Positions 1 through 11,500 are shown, counted from the stretch's first letter. The stretch is DNA of 64,000 bases from Takakia lepidozioides (GCA_030704615.1 CM060731.1:27590001-27654000), one strand, 5' to 3'. The notes: generated from the sequence alone by a model not told the origin. Numbers and translations are program-made.

Positions 1-1522
1 AACACGATGTAGTGTTTCTTAGTTTCAAAGTGACCTCTACGTTTTCCAAGACATAAATGTCCCGACAATGGACTACTGTAAAGGACCAAGAGTAGACCAT
101 ATATTGAAGAGTTCGAGATCACGAAAAGATGAATGTCGGCTGTCAAGTGGAGGTTAGTGGACGCACCTTGTCGGGAGGCGCATTCAAGAAGTTTTGCGGC
201 TCCATACTCGCTTGTATAAAAATTACGGAGTTAGTTTGGGGCCGCAAAACAAACAGCAAACGAAAGTGGAGAAATGGTTTTGAAATATACCATTGAAGCC
301 TTATTGGAATGTCTTGCAGAACAACAGTGGATTCCCGCGGGCTTGGATTGACGAGGCGCCACAACATCCAAGGGAGTCCTCATGTGTTTGGAGTCCGTTT
401 TTTTTTTCTTGTCAGCCTTTTGTCCGTTGGAAAGATTTCCTGCAGATGAAAGAAATGGCTCGGGGCCTCTTTTTTGCCTCTTTGGTGCAGAACATTGTGC
501 CAGCAGTTCAGGGTCACGCTGTGTCGATATTGGAGATGTTTTGCCATTGAACGATAGGAGGAGTGGAGGGACAACAACATGCAAGCACAAAAAATTGTCC
601 CTTGAGCACTCGACATCCTGGATGGAATGAAAATGCAACGAAGGAATAATTTACCTCGAAACTGCATTCCAATGCAGCCGTCGTTTGACAGGAAGGTCAT
701 AATCTGCATTTTTTTTGATCTGGGGCGACAGATGAATATCAAACCCCAAACTAAGTGAAACTAGGAGAATGAGCAATGAGCGAGAAATGAGTTTAAGTCA
801 CCTGACTCCTGCGGATTTGGGCTGTCCAACCCTCATGCTGGGGAGATATGCGAGGAAGAGACGGAACCAGGTGCAGCGGAGCCGTAGCCAAGTCCCCGAC
901 GGTTGCCCTGCGGGTTGGATAGACCAGACCCTGTGTACTGAACAAAGAGGGTGAGGAATGTTGGGAAAGGTCGATAAAGTTTCCGGGATATTTGTGTTCT
1001 TCAGCACCTTGGACTTTATACCCAGGAGGACCCGAGAGGAGAAGAGTGTCGCCCGCTTCCCATGGAACTTGGTGCTTAGTCATGTGGATGAAGAGACAGT
1101 ACGATTTAGGCTTCATAGGGAGGAGTTGACAGAGGATCCACCCTCAATTTGAGCACCATCGTGAACCCTCGGAAAGCCTTCAATACTCACTGCTGATCCG
1201 GAGGGTTCCTTTAGGGGACTTGAGGAACCGATGACGTCGTCAGCATCTCCTTGCACCTGACAAAGAGACATAATCATAAATCCGGGAGTGCAGGAATGTG
1301 AACCTCCACTGAACAGTGGAGGTCACTACATATAGTCATGTCCCCATATGAAGGCCTGTATCAGAGTCTTGGGATTGCCCGGAATGTGCGTCAAGAATTC
1401 AATAGAAAATGAGTGAAAATGAGAGTACCATATCTAACACGTGTGTGATTACAAGGCAATGAAAATCAGAAACCATGAAGATATTTAATAGCTCGAGTGA
1501 GATGGGATTGATCAAAAATAAT

Positions 1523-2250
1523 TTATTTTGAAGCATCATATCTGAGACTCTTAAAACCGTTGTCCTCAATAAAATCCCAGAGTGGCATAAACTTGGGATC
1601 GTTTGAAACATTGGGAAAAAAACTCAACCCTATCTTTTTTTTCCTAAGATAGCTTGAAACAGTGGGATGTTTCCTCATTCTAAGCAAATAGGTCTGAAGA
1701 ACCTTGAGAAGATAGCAACCATCAGTCTCCACGGTCTGGAACGGTTTGAGAACAAGACATGAGTCGGGCGGGTTCAATACACACTTCATGGCGGTGTCGT
1801 CAATGAGCAGAGTGTTACTCTTGGTGTATTGTCAACCAAATCTCTGCTAGACCTTGACCAGTGGCTTCAAAAACAAATGAGGAGGGTCCAATCTTGATTT
1901 GAATTGAGGGTGAACCGAAGTGAGACATGAAATACAATCCTCTTGAGACATAACTAAGGCCGGTTGAGGTAGACCACGAAGCAAAAAATCCATGATGGGC
2001 TGCAAGTTCTTGTACATCACAGAGCTGCAAATCCCTAACCGTAAGTGTTTATGCAACTTTGTCCACACTTCGCGATATTTCTCCCGTCTAAAGACAAGTC
2101 GGAATCCGACAAGAGCTGGAATTATGTAGTCCGATTCTGAAAACTGGAGGACATTGTAGCTCTTCTGGTGCTTCAAGATTTTGCACAAGACTCACGTAAA
2201 ATATAATCAAATGCAACCCTTACGCAGGAGGAGAAACATGTGCTCCAATC
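1523..2250 (-). pseudogene. FCP1/NIF-like HAD phosphatase domain, copy 2 (decayed)
   Basis: Minus strand reads ...LVFRREKYREVW..LGICSSVMYKNLQPIMDFLL...LFLKPLVKV*...YTKSNTLLIDDTAMKCVLNPPDSC. This follows the plant FCP1-homology pattern (KRP..DF...GIWSS...N; LFLKEL; Y..SNTLLLDDSPYK...NP). It has in-frame stops and no intact DxDx(T/V) motif. Confidence 0.7.
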
Positions 2251-2369
2251 TGCCAGAGAGTCATTCATACTTAGGATGATAAAAGGGAACAGTACAATGC
2301 ATTGGAAAAACTGACACCAAGCAAGTAAACAAGAACGTCCACTGGACAGCCGAGGTTCACCAAACTCAA

Positions 2370-3200
2370 TTAAAATATTTTATGTCCCAATGCAGCGGCA
2401 CGCAATTTGTGATTGCTAAGGAACTTCTGCCACCTACAATCAAAGTCTCTAAGAAATTTGACAGCTGGGTCGTTCTCGAAGAAATCCTTCGTAACGCCGA
2501 AAAGATGTAATTCGTTGAATGGCATGATAACCATCCCGGATAACCGGAACATGTTAAGGTGAGGCTTGAGCTCTTCCAGTATAGACTTATCTCTGTAAGG
2601 GTCACGCGCGCCTTATATTTTGGAAGGAAGATGGTATGTCCTAACGGGTTCAAGTAGGACTTGTACATATTGTCTACAGTGTCGATGAGGAGAGTATTGG
2701 ATTTGTAAGTTGTCGGGTCTTTCTCAACGAAAATATTGTAAAGACGTTTAAAGTAGATGAGATTTTTGGGAGCTTTAGGCCATTTTTCGTTGAATGTCGA
2801 CCTATGCATGACGGAATTCTCACTGCTGTAAGTTCTGACCTGGGAATAGTATTTCCCGAACACAGCCTTGGCGATAGTCTCGACGTTCATTTCAGGTCCA
2901 GTGTTCCAAAACAAATGGCAAACTTTTTGACGACCCACTTAACGAATTCGTCAAGACCGTTTCGCGTAGCTAACTTGAATTTCCCTGCGGAGATACAAGG
3001 CTGGGTGGCAGGAGGGGTTTTCTTTCCATCCTTTAGGTAAACCTCACAAAGGTAACCGATGTCCAGAACCGGGACGTAGTATCCTGGCCGGCATCCGTTC
3101 GGTCCCCAAGGAAGGGAATGCAGATCGTTTGGATTGACAGAAAATGAATAGTCAACTGGCGGGTAATGCATGTTGTCATGTGGAATAACAAAAAAGTTCA
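2370..3200 (-). pseudogene. FCP1/NIF-like HAD phosphatase domain, copy 1 (frameshifted)
   Basis: VLDIGYL...TRNGLDEFVKWVVKKFAICF, then a frameshift near 2910, then WNTGPEMNV...IYFKRL...YKSNTLLID..NMYKSYLNPLGHTIFLPKY. ORFs 2887..3366 and 2366..2938 join into one domain. Confidence 0.7.
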
Positions 3201-4100
3201 TTATTAATTTCAATTTCAGAAATCCCAAAGTTGAGAAACGGAAAAATAGAGTTGAAAGCATTACCGTTTTTTGGGGGGGCTGCTGAGATCCCTGGGCCGG
3301 CTGCTCCTCATCTTTCCCATCTCTACGGGAAACGTTATCCTCCTTCTCTGTGGCACCAGATGACAACCTCGATTGTCCAGTGGAGGTTACTTGTAGGACC
3401 AGCTCAGATAGAGAACAGTGATTGTCCGATCCACTCTTCTCTTCACCGTCTTAGTGTCATTGGAGTCGGTCCGTGTGTGTTTGATCTCCTCAGACGTCGT
3501 CTCACGAATCTACAAGAAATTAAAGAATCCCACGGATGAGGATTATGGTGGTCTACATTGATCCGACAAAATTACCGAATTGAGCAATACCGAAGATGAG
3601 ACTCAAAGACCAATAATAAGAGTAATAAGAATAAAGCCAATGTTTTACCCGAATCGGGATCTGTTGTTGGATTACGCGCTTGTGGTGCTTTGTCTCTTCT
3701 CCCTCCCCGCAAGTAGGAGGATTCTCTCATTCCCTGCAGATGGCAACGTCGACTGGATAGTGGAGGTTACTTGTGGAACCGGCTCAGGTGATCTGGCCCT
3801 CATTGTCAGATTCACATGTCTCTGCACCGTTTGAGTCTCCTTTGAGCCTTTTCGTGTGTGTGTCATTTCCTCCGAATGGGATTCTTGGATCTACAAGAAA
3901 AGTTATCCAAATCGGTTAGTGGTTGTCCACAAAGGTGTACGAACGGAAATATGTATCTGGGTGGAAATATGTTTTATTCGAAAGTCCAGAACAAAGGATG
4001 TGGAAAAAACATTCGGATTATGCCACTCACAAGTATGTATAATTACAATATTGTCATATTGTATTCAGAAATATGTACGAAATAAAAAATTCACTAATTG

Positions 4101-7100
4101 TCATTCGTTACCTACATCCAGAACCACTTCCTCGGTGACATTCTGGGACACCAGCTCTCGAGGATTGTTAACGGGATCCGGTGACATAATCAATGGCTCG
4201 TCACCTTCCACGGGTGTGAACCCTTGACCGAAGGTTTCAACTAACTCCGTCGATGTCGCTTCCTTGCCCCCTGGAGAAGCCGAATTTTGATTCGTGGTGT
4301 TATCGGAACTGGAGGAAGAGCTGTCCAGATTGTGTACACTTTGTGGCGCAACGTATTCTTGGGTATTTGAAGTACTACCTACTTTATCCAACTGGGAAAT
4401 TTCCTGGCCCTCTCTTTCCCTTTCCCACATTAGTCGCATCTGCCAGGGTCTTCGGTGACGATTTCCATGTCTCATCTTTGTATTTCTTCTCCTCCTCGTC
4501 CTGTTCTTGTTTCTCCTCCATTTCCTCGTCCTGATCCTTGTCGTGTCCTTCGTCATCATCTTCTTCGTCCACTTCGTCATCCTGCAGTGAGTCTCCGTCA
4601 TCTCCGTCTCATGCGATAGTCTGATTATCAATCTGGAGCGTCTTGAAATAAGCCTCCACCTTGCTTCTACAAAAAAAAAAAATCGTTACATAGTTTATGT
4701 CAAGCACACGAATATTTCTTTCCTGCAATGAAACCAAACAATGAAATCAAAATAAATCCGACGAATTGCAACCACCGAAAGATTGAAAGGGTTAGGCTTT
4801 CTTTTGAGACAACTAGCAAACACACCAAACTCCCGAATAACAAACACCCAAAACACCCAAAACTCCAATAACATGAACCTCCACTGCCCAGTGGAGGTTA
4901 ACAAAATGGAAAAATTCAGACACAGGTTAAACACCCTATTCTGACAACGTAGAAAAACACGAGAGTTAAATCCGACAAACTGAAAACACAGACAATTCCA
5001 AAACGAAGCAGAATCCACTTACAAAGCAGAACGTATGTCATTGCCACTCCTCCAAAATGTTCACACAAAACATCCCGTCCCTGCAAAAAAGAAAAACCAG
5101 GTAATCGTAGGTGTCCGCCCTCGGCTCATGAGTGTAAGTCCTGCACTCCTTCTCTTGCGAGGTCGGGTCTACATCTGGTATTTGGATAACGGGATTAATT
5201 GGGTCCGGCATAAACAAAGCAGTTTGAATGTGATCGTCCGGATTCACCATCTCCTCAGCTGTTGCCGGAAATACGTAATCGAGACAGAGGACCGTCCGGG
5301 AGAATATAGTCGTGCAGCTCTTGTAAGGTGATTCAAACTTGCTGGGAATGTAATAACCCTGTCGGATAATAAACGATTTTGATCCATAGCCATTCCGGAT
5401 GTATGACACAAGATTTCCCGATGATTCTTGTGTCGAGAAAAACACAAAAGCACTGGACATGAGCTTCCGAGCCACAAAAGCATCCAGGATATTGGAGTAG
5501 TCATTTGCCTCGAAGACAACAGAGTCATCATCACAAACTGTATTGACGATCACCATCGATATGTCGTCGAACCGTTTCTTCGGTGCAAGTCCCAACCGTG
5601 ATCTGGCATCAACAAATTTTTGGTTGCCCCCCAGCTGTGTGTAATGGGACCTGAAGCTCGTACGTAGAATCGTCAGGGCATTCTGGTTATCCTCAAAGGT
5701 CTGCTTGCACGACAAGACATACTTCTTGAAGGCAACAGTCATTGGCTGCGTCTCCATATTCATCTTCTGTTTGCTTACAATGTAGTCGTTCCTGAGCCGA
5801 TCTCGAAAAGTTTCAAACTCAGCTTTGTTGAAGTTGTATTTTTACGCCACTCCTGTTTGGTATACGGTTCCGGGTTCTGTTTGCTCCTCCGAGGCCACCC
5901 TAAGACTTCCATTACATCGTCGATAATAAACCGTCGCAATTTCATTTGGTCAATATACGCGCTCATTGTGTTTTTGGATTTGTCCGCGCCCTTGAATTTC
6001 GTTCTCCGAATGCAAAGGTATCTGTTCAGGATTTTCTCCGCCACTTTTTTCAACTGCCTGCTATTAAGTCCTTGCAGTTTCGCAATAGCGATTTTATTCA
6101 GTGGTAGCTGTTCACCCTTGCACTGGATCCCGAAAATATCAATAAGTTTTCCTTGTTCCCACTGTTTGAACATTTCCTCCCATAGGTTCCATACGTCTTC
6201 ATCACAGAGAACTAGAACCATGGCCTCCTTCACGTTACTCATCTCCAATATGACTTGATATGCTTGCATAAATTCCTGCGAAGATAATCAGGGCCAAAGT
6301 TAGATATTTCATTCGATATTTGATATTAATTTTTGAGATGAAACAATAGTCACAACTATCATGTCAATTATACTATACTCCAAATGATGATTCAATTGCC
6401 AATTCATCTCCGTCCATCTTGTTGTGCCTCGTAATTTAAACCTCTTTCTGTAGTGTCTCCTGCTTCGGAATGCGGTGCTCCTCCAAGTCAAATTTGTCCA
6501 ATCTGTTCATGTTCTCCACCAGGAACAGTTCCAATAGTGTGCCTAGAAAATCCTTGAAAAACCCAATGACCATGAATTTTTTGGAAGCGTTCTCTGCAAC
6601 ATCACGTTTTCATGATCATATGATGTTTCAAGTATTTTTGCGGCACATTTGCAGAACTGTTACAGGTGGAGAACATAAATAGATTGGGAAAAGGAGAGTT
6701 GGACAAGCACCTCATTACCAAACAAGAGACATTACAAAAGACCCCATCATGTCGAATTTCCGAATGTTGAACCATCCCGCTCGTTCATTGTAGCACCCTC
6801 CCTTATGAAGCTATTTTTATAGCGTCTCCTGCTTCGTAATGCGGTCTCCGTTCGTCACATTAAATCCGAGCTTGAAAATATTTTGGTTCTCTAGCAAAAG
6901 GAACAGAAAACACAATGAATCATTTACCTTCCATTGTCTAGTCTCCGACTTCGTTGTGTGATCGTTGTACTTTTTTGGCCTCCCCCTCAGCTCGAAGAAA
7001 TTTCGGACATGTGCAACTTTCTCGGGAAATTTTGTGTTAAATTTTCTACGCCTTATTCGGATCGTTTAGGAGCTTAGATAGCTTCACGAACCTCATCAGA

Positions 7101-7850
7101 TCCTTTGACCATATAATCTTTGAGGGCCAGTCAGTGTAGTTTTTCTTAAGATTGTCGTCGTCCACGTCTTGCACAAGTTCCTGCGACAGAATTGAATAAG
7201 GTCAGAAATGATATCGACCTAACAAGCATGTTGTTTAAAATTCATGAACCTCCACTATCCAGTGGAAGTTCATGTTGTTACAAAAATTGGAATTTGTTGA
7301 GAAATATACCTTGGCAGCAATGATCGTGTGTTGTCCACCGATGACAAAGAATCTGGAATTTTCCACCTCCTTCCAGTTTTGAGGTTTCGAACTAAAAACC
7401 TCCATAGGCTTCTCGGGGTTTGCGGGAATCAAATAAACTGGATGTTTGGAGTCAAACACCCGGAGCTGGTAAAGATGCGCTTTGACTTCGTCTTTGTGCT
7501 TCACATTTAGGGGCCTGTACACCATATCCCTAGGAGCAAGCTCCATCATGGAAACTTTGACGTCCTGGGTCGCCTCAAACCCAAAAGGAAACATGTCATT
7601 GTAGTCTTGCTCCAGCCTCTCCTGCATCTTCTCACACTTCTCTTTGTCGAATATGTCTGCAGCCTTGGGTTTCTTGTTATTTGTCATGAAAGCGGGATCC
7701 ATCTCCTCCTTTTGTTTCTTCTTTCCCCCTGATGTCCTGACTTCATTCTCATCACCACCGGCGTCAATGGATTTCCGTTTTCCCTTCCTTGGCCGCGCTC
7801 TCGCAGCCTCCTCCTCCCGCGTCTTTGCAATCTCCTTACCCTTTAAGTAA
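4101..7850 (-). pseudogene. Multi-exon gene: ParB/Sulfiredoxin-like N-terminal domain, helical region, possible degenerate DNA amino-methyltransferase, acidic tail (probably TE-borne)
   Basis: Exon ~7850-7310 reads ..YRPLNVKH...YLIP...FFVIGGQHTIIAAK|gt. Exon ~7180-6928 reads ELVQ..WPSKIIWSKD..LSKLLN..RGRP..WK|gtaaat. The large exon ~6279-5022 has frameshifts at the A-run near 5840 and near 5055, and a gtaagt donor near 5021. An acidic last exon starts near 4666. GT-AG boundaries are visible; domain names come from motif resemblance only. Confidence 0.55.
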
Positions 7851-7859
7851 AGCACATCC

Positions 7860-9848
7860 AAGAAAATACCCCAAGCTCCAAGCCTCATCATCTTCAGGCA
7901 CATCACTGCCATCTTCATTATCATCACCTTCCTCATCTACTGGAGGTATTATTTTGGCTTTGCTTCTGGTTACTATCATTGTACTTACTACAACACATGG
8001 CCTAACCATGTGAGCTGCCACCACTGGCCCCTCATTCACAGGAGCTCTCATCTCATTCTGGTGTCTGATCCAGAATGGACAGGCTGCCTTGTGATGTCCT
8101 GCCTGATTACAATAGTAACACAGTTCTTCCCCATTAGGTCCTCGCCCTTGGTCTGTTCTGGGATTGTTTCTGTAATCCTGATTCCCTGGCTGGTAATTCT
8201 CCCTTGGATTACCCTGATAGTTGCCTCTGGAATTTTCTTGGTAATTCCCTCTTGGATTACCTCTCCCTTCCATGCCATTGTTATAACCACCAGGCCTACC
8301 ATAGTGGTCCTGATCACTGTTTCTTCTTGGCTGGGGCTGTACTTGATGCACCCTTACTTGCCTAGGTTCTTTTGCTGTTGTCCTTCTGTTGTAGTAACAA
8401 TTCTCAGTATAATGGTTATCCATTTTACAGATAGTACAATGTTTCTCCTTCATGTGGCATTCAGTGGTGGTATGGCCTTCATTCTGACATTTTGCACACC
8501 AAACACCTTTCCTCCAATGTGTTGCAGCCTTTGTGGCATACTTCTTCAAGATTTCTTCTAATCTTTTCTTATAATTATCCTTCTTCAACTTTTTCTTCCT
8601 CTTACTCTTCCTCTTAAGCTCTTGCTCTTCTTCCTCATCTGACTCATCCTCAGAGTCCTCATCATCCCTTTTCTCTCTCCTGAGCATTCCCAATTGCTCA
8701 ATTATGTTCGTTGTTTCAAATGCCTCCTCCACTGTATTATGGGGTAACATATCCACTTTCTTTTGCAACTCTGGTCTTAGTCCACTCACAAACCAAGTCT
8801 TCTGTAAACCTGGTGCTGGTACAGCAGCCAGCTTTTTCATCATCAATTCCATCTTTTCCATATACTCCTCAACAGTTTCATGCTTCTTTTGCTTTAACTG
8901 TTGTAAACTTCCATACACTTCATCCTCAGTTTTACTTGTCCTGAACCTATTTCGGAATGTTGTATTCAAGCCATTCTAGGTTAGGAAATGATTATCAGAG
9001 AATCTTGCATACCATTCACTTGCTTTCTTTATAAGTGAACAAGGAAACAGTCTCATCTTGGCATCATCGCCATTCTCATTGTTCACAATACACATGTGCT
9101 CAAATTGGCTAATGTGTACATCAGGATCCCCTTTTCCTGAATATATTGAAAAATGTGGTTTTGCCCGTGTTGGTTGTAATGCCATCTGTGGCCCTACCCC
9201 CTGCCCACTGACAGGTGTTGGCCCCCTTGCTGGTGCTGGTCCTTGAGGACTTGTTGTAGTTGTGGTGGAACTTCCACCAAGTGCTGGCCCCTGAGCACTC
9301 CCTGCTACTGGCCCCACTATATTCACAGTATTCCCAGTTCCAGTTGCACTACTTCCCACACTCCCTGTCCCCCCAGAGCCAGATCCAGGCTGCCCGCCTG
9401 ATCCCCCTGAGCCGACACCTTCGTTGGTCTGTGATCCAAGTGCTCTACTTGATCCAGGTCCAACGAGTTGGGATGTCCTGATTGTAGTCTCAACCTCAGC
9501 TGTTGGGTCTACTTCTTCATACTCTTCCTCTTCCAATTTCTTCTCTTTGTTTTCATCTTCCAAGTTCTGCCCTTGGGTTTCTTCTTCTTCACTCATGTAA
9601 CTCAATTGCAATGGTGTTGGAGAGTCTGAACTCTCCGTTGGCTCTGCCACATCCTCTCCTCCTTCTTCGTCTTCCATTTCAGAAACTGGAGTTCTTGCTT
9701 TTGGTGTTCCATGCCAACTCTTATCAAAGATTTCTGTCAAATCTTTTATCCAGGGATGTACCTCAGATCTTTCACCTCGTGGTTGATTTTCTTCCTGTAC
9801 CAATTCCCTTAATATTTGTTGCAAAGAAAAAGAAGGAGTGGCATCCAA
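7860..9848 (-). pseudogene. gag: Retrotransposon Gag (retrotrans_gag domain plus 3 CCHC zinc knuckles)
   Basis: FSIYSGKGDPDVHISQF..KMRLFPCSL..A..WY..FLT*NGLNTTFRNRF..LKQKKHETVEEY..WFVSGLRPEL, with knuckles CAKCQNEGHTTTEC, CTICKMDNHYTENC and CYYCNQAGHHKAAC. One TAG at 8976-8978, where W is expected, splits ORFs 8976..9848 and 7836..8969 in frame. Confidence 0.9.
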
Positions 9849-10609
9849 CTCTAGTTCTTCCGGTATGGGTGATGTACTCTCTGATCTTAATGGTGTGAGA
9901 GGTCCAGATGATTCCCCCTATGTCTATTCCTCTCTCCCAAAGATATGGATAATTAGCTTTCAGATAACTTTCTCTTTTTGCTGAATATCTCTGGAGTCTA
10001 GTTTCTCTTTCATCACTCATGTCCCATGTCTTTCATTTCTTTAATGTGGCAATAACCAAAACTCTCTTCTGTAGTATCTCTCGTATATGCCTGGGTTTCT
10101 TTCAAGCTTCAATGCACCCTTGGCTATACTAGAAGTCTCTGTTACCATATAACCATATGGCAAACAAGTCTGAAAAGCTGTTCTTGGTGTGAGTTTGATC
10201 CACATAATATCCTTTGGAATCCAATTCTTTACCAGTACAAGCTCCTCATGTATATGAGTATAAACATTCACCTTCCTTTCCTCCCAGCCTTCAAACTCTA
10301 CTCGCTTAATGGATAGCAATGCTATCACATAAACCAGTGTTGGTAACCAATGTGTTCTTCCTCTACAGGCCACCTGATAAATCTTTATCACTCCTTTCTC
10401 CAGACCCCACTCAGGGTCAACATCATGCACTCTCTTAAGAATGTTTTCTTTACAACCGTCTGGCAATTCCAAGAACCTCTGAAAGAATTGTTTAGACAAT
10501 CTTTCCTTCTCAGTTTCACAGAGAATTTGATTCACATCAAATTCTTTAATTCTCCAACCACGATGATCCCACCAGATGTCTGTCACATCTGGTAGTTCAT
10601 GACCCAGTA

Positions 10610-10626
10610 TCCCAGTACGGTCGCCA
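10610..10626 (-). promoter_or_regulatory. Primer-binding site, tRNA-Arg-like
   Basis: TGGCGACCGTACTGGGA lies 2 nt inside an LTR-type ...ACA end. TGGCGAC is complementary to the 3' end of plant tRNA-Arg, as in Tat/Ogre elements. Confidence 0.7.
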
Positions 10627-11252
10627 AATGTCGAGCGGCTTTTACCACCCATCCCTTCGCTATCCGAGGTAGAAACTCCAAGATAGAAGAGTTGGATATC
10701 TCTAAGCACTCAGCCTGCTTAGAACAATCAGTCATGACCTGCAGCTAGTGAATCATGGTTGTGCTTCCTATTTGTATTCATTCATGCCTTCATGTTATCA
10801 ATTTACCTTACCGTGTATACTGAAGCATCAGATTGCTTCAGTATCTACTAAGTTCCAATTAATCATGCATTCATTCCACAACTTCTTTCGTGTCTCTCTA
10901 CATAATATGTTTGTATCGATTTAGTATCGGATTAAGATTAATCATGTATCATGCCTATGCCATGATGTCTCTATTCTACCCTACTGTATAATTTTACAGC
11001 TTGCATGAACTAAGCCTCATTCAAGTCATCATCTCCTCTTCACTGTTTCCGCTCTCCATTACGTCTCTTCCTCTCCTGAACAAGTCGCCCTCCTCAAGAA
11101 GTGATCCCCTTCCTGTTGCCGCTCTGTCTAATCTACCCGCAAGCTATTCTAACCACCTAACTAACTAACCGTCACCCCTGAAGTAACACGTTCCCTCTGC
11201 AGATGTCGTTCCCACACAGTCGTTCCCTATCAATGATAATTGTTCCCCATGT

Positions 11253-11500
11253 ACTGTGACAGGTTGTGTCAAGCTGTGCTGAGCTGTGACTGGCTGTGTA
11301 AAGCTGTGTCGGGCTGTGACTGGCTGTGCGAAGCTGTGTCAGGCTGTGACTGACTGTGCGAAGCTGTGTCGGGCTGTGTAAAGCTGTGTCGGGCTGTGAT
11401 TGGCTGTGCGAAGCTGTGTCAGGCTGTGTGAAGTTGTGTCGGGCTCTGACTAGCTGTGCGAAGCTGTGTCGGGCTATGATAGACTGTGACGGGCTATGTA
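11253..11500. repeat. 10-bp minisatellite (GCTGTGNNNN)n, ~25 units, with 20/30-bp higher-order structure, inside the putative LTR
   Basis: gctgtgtcgg gctgtgactg gctgtgcgaa units are directly visible. Confidence 0.95.

Larger units (their letters stand above)
132..7274. repeat. Dispersed 24-bp palindrome AACCTCCACTG-NN-CAGTGGAGGTT, 7 copies
   Basis: Copies at 132-155, 1301-1324, 2334-2357, 3365-3388, 3745-3768, 4876-4899 (perfect 11-bp arms) and 7247-7270 (arms extend to 7243-7274 with one mismatch). The arm spacing is the same in all copies. Confidence 0.9.

Noticed and set aside
1-700. Plus-strand ORF pieces as the cassette's transposase (SWIM/MULE-like)
   Set aside because: Only Cys/His-rich scraps are present, with no DDE or complete SWIM motif, and the region is cut by the window edge.
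132-7274. Palindromes as a CRISPR array or bacterial terminators/REP elements
   Set aside because: Spacing is ~1 kb, there are no cas genes or U-tracts, and the context is intron-containing eukaryotic DNA.
8976-8978. Programmed stop-codon read-through in gag
   Set aside because: The TAG sits at a conserved Trp (TGG) inside the gag domain, so it is best explained as a point mutation.
11253-11500. CRISPR-like array
   Set aside because: Contiguous 10-bp units with no unique spacers.
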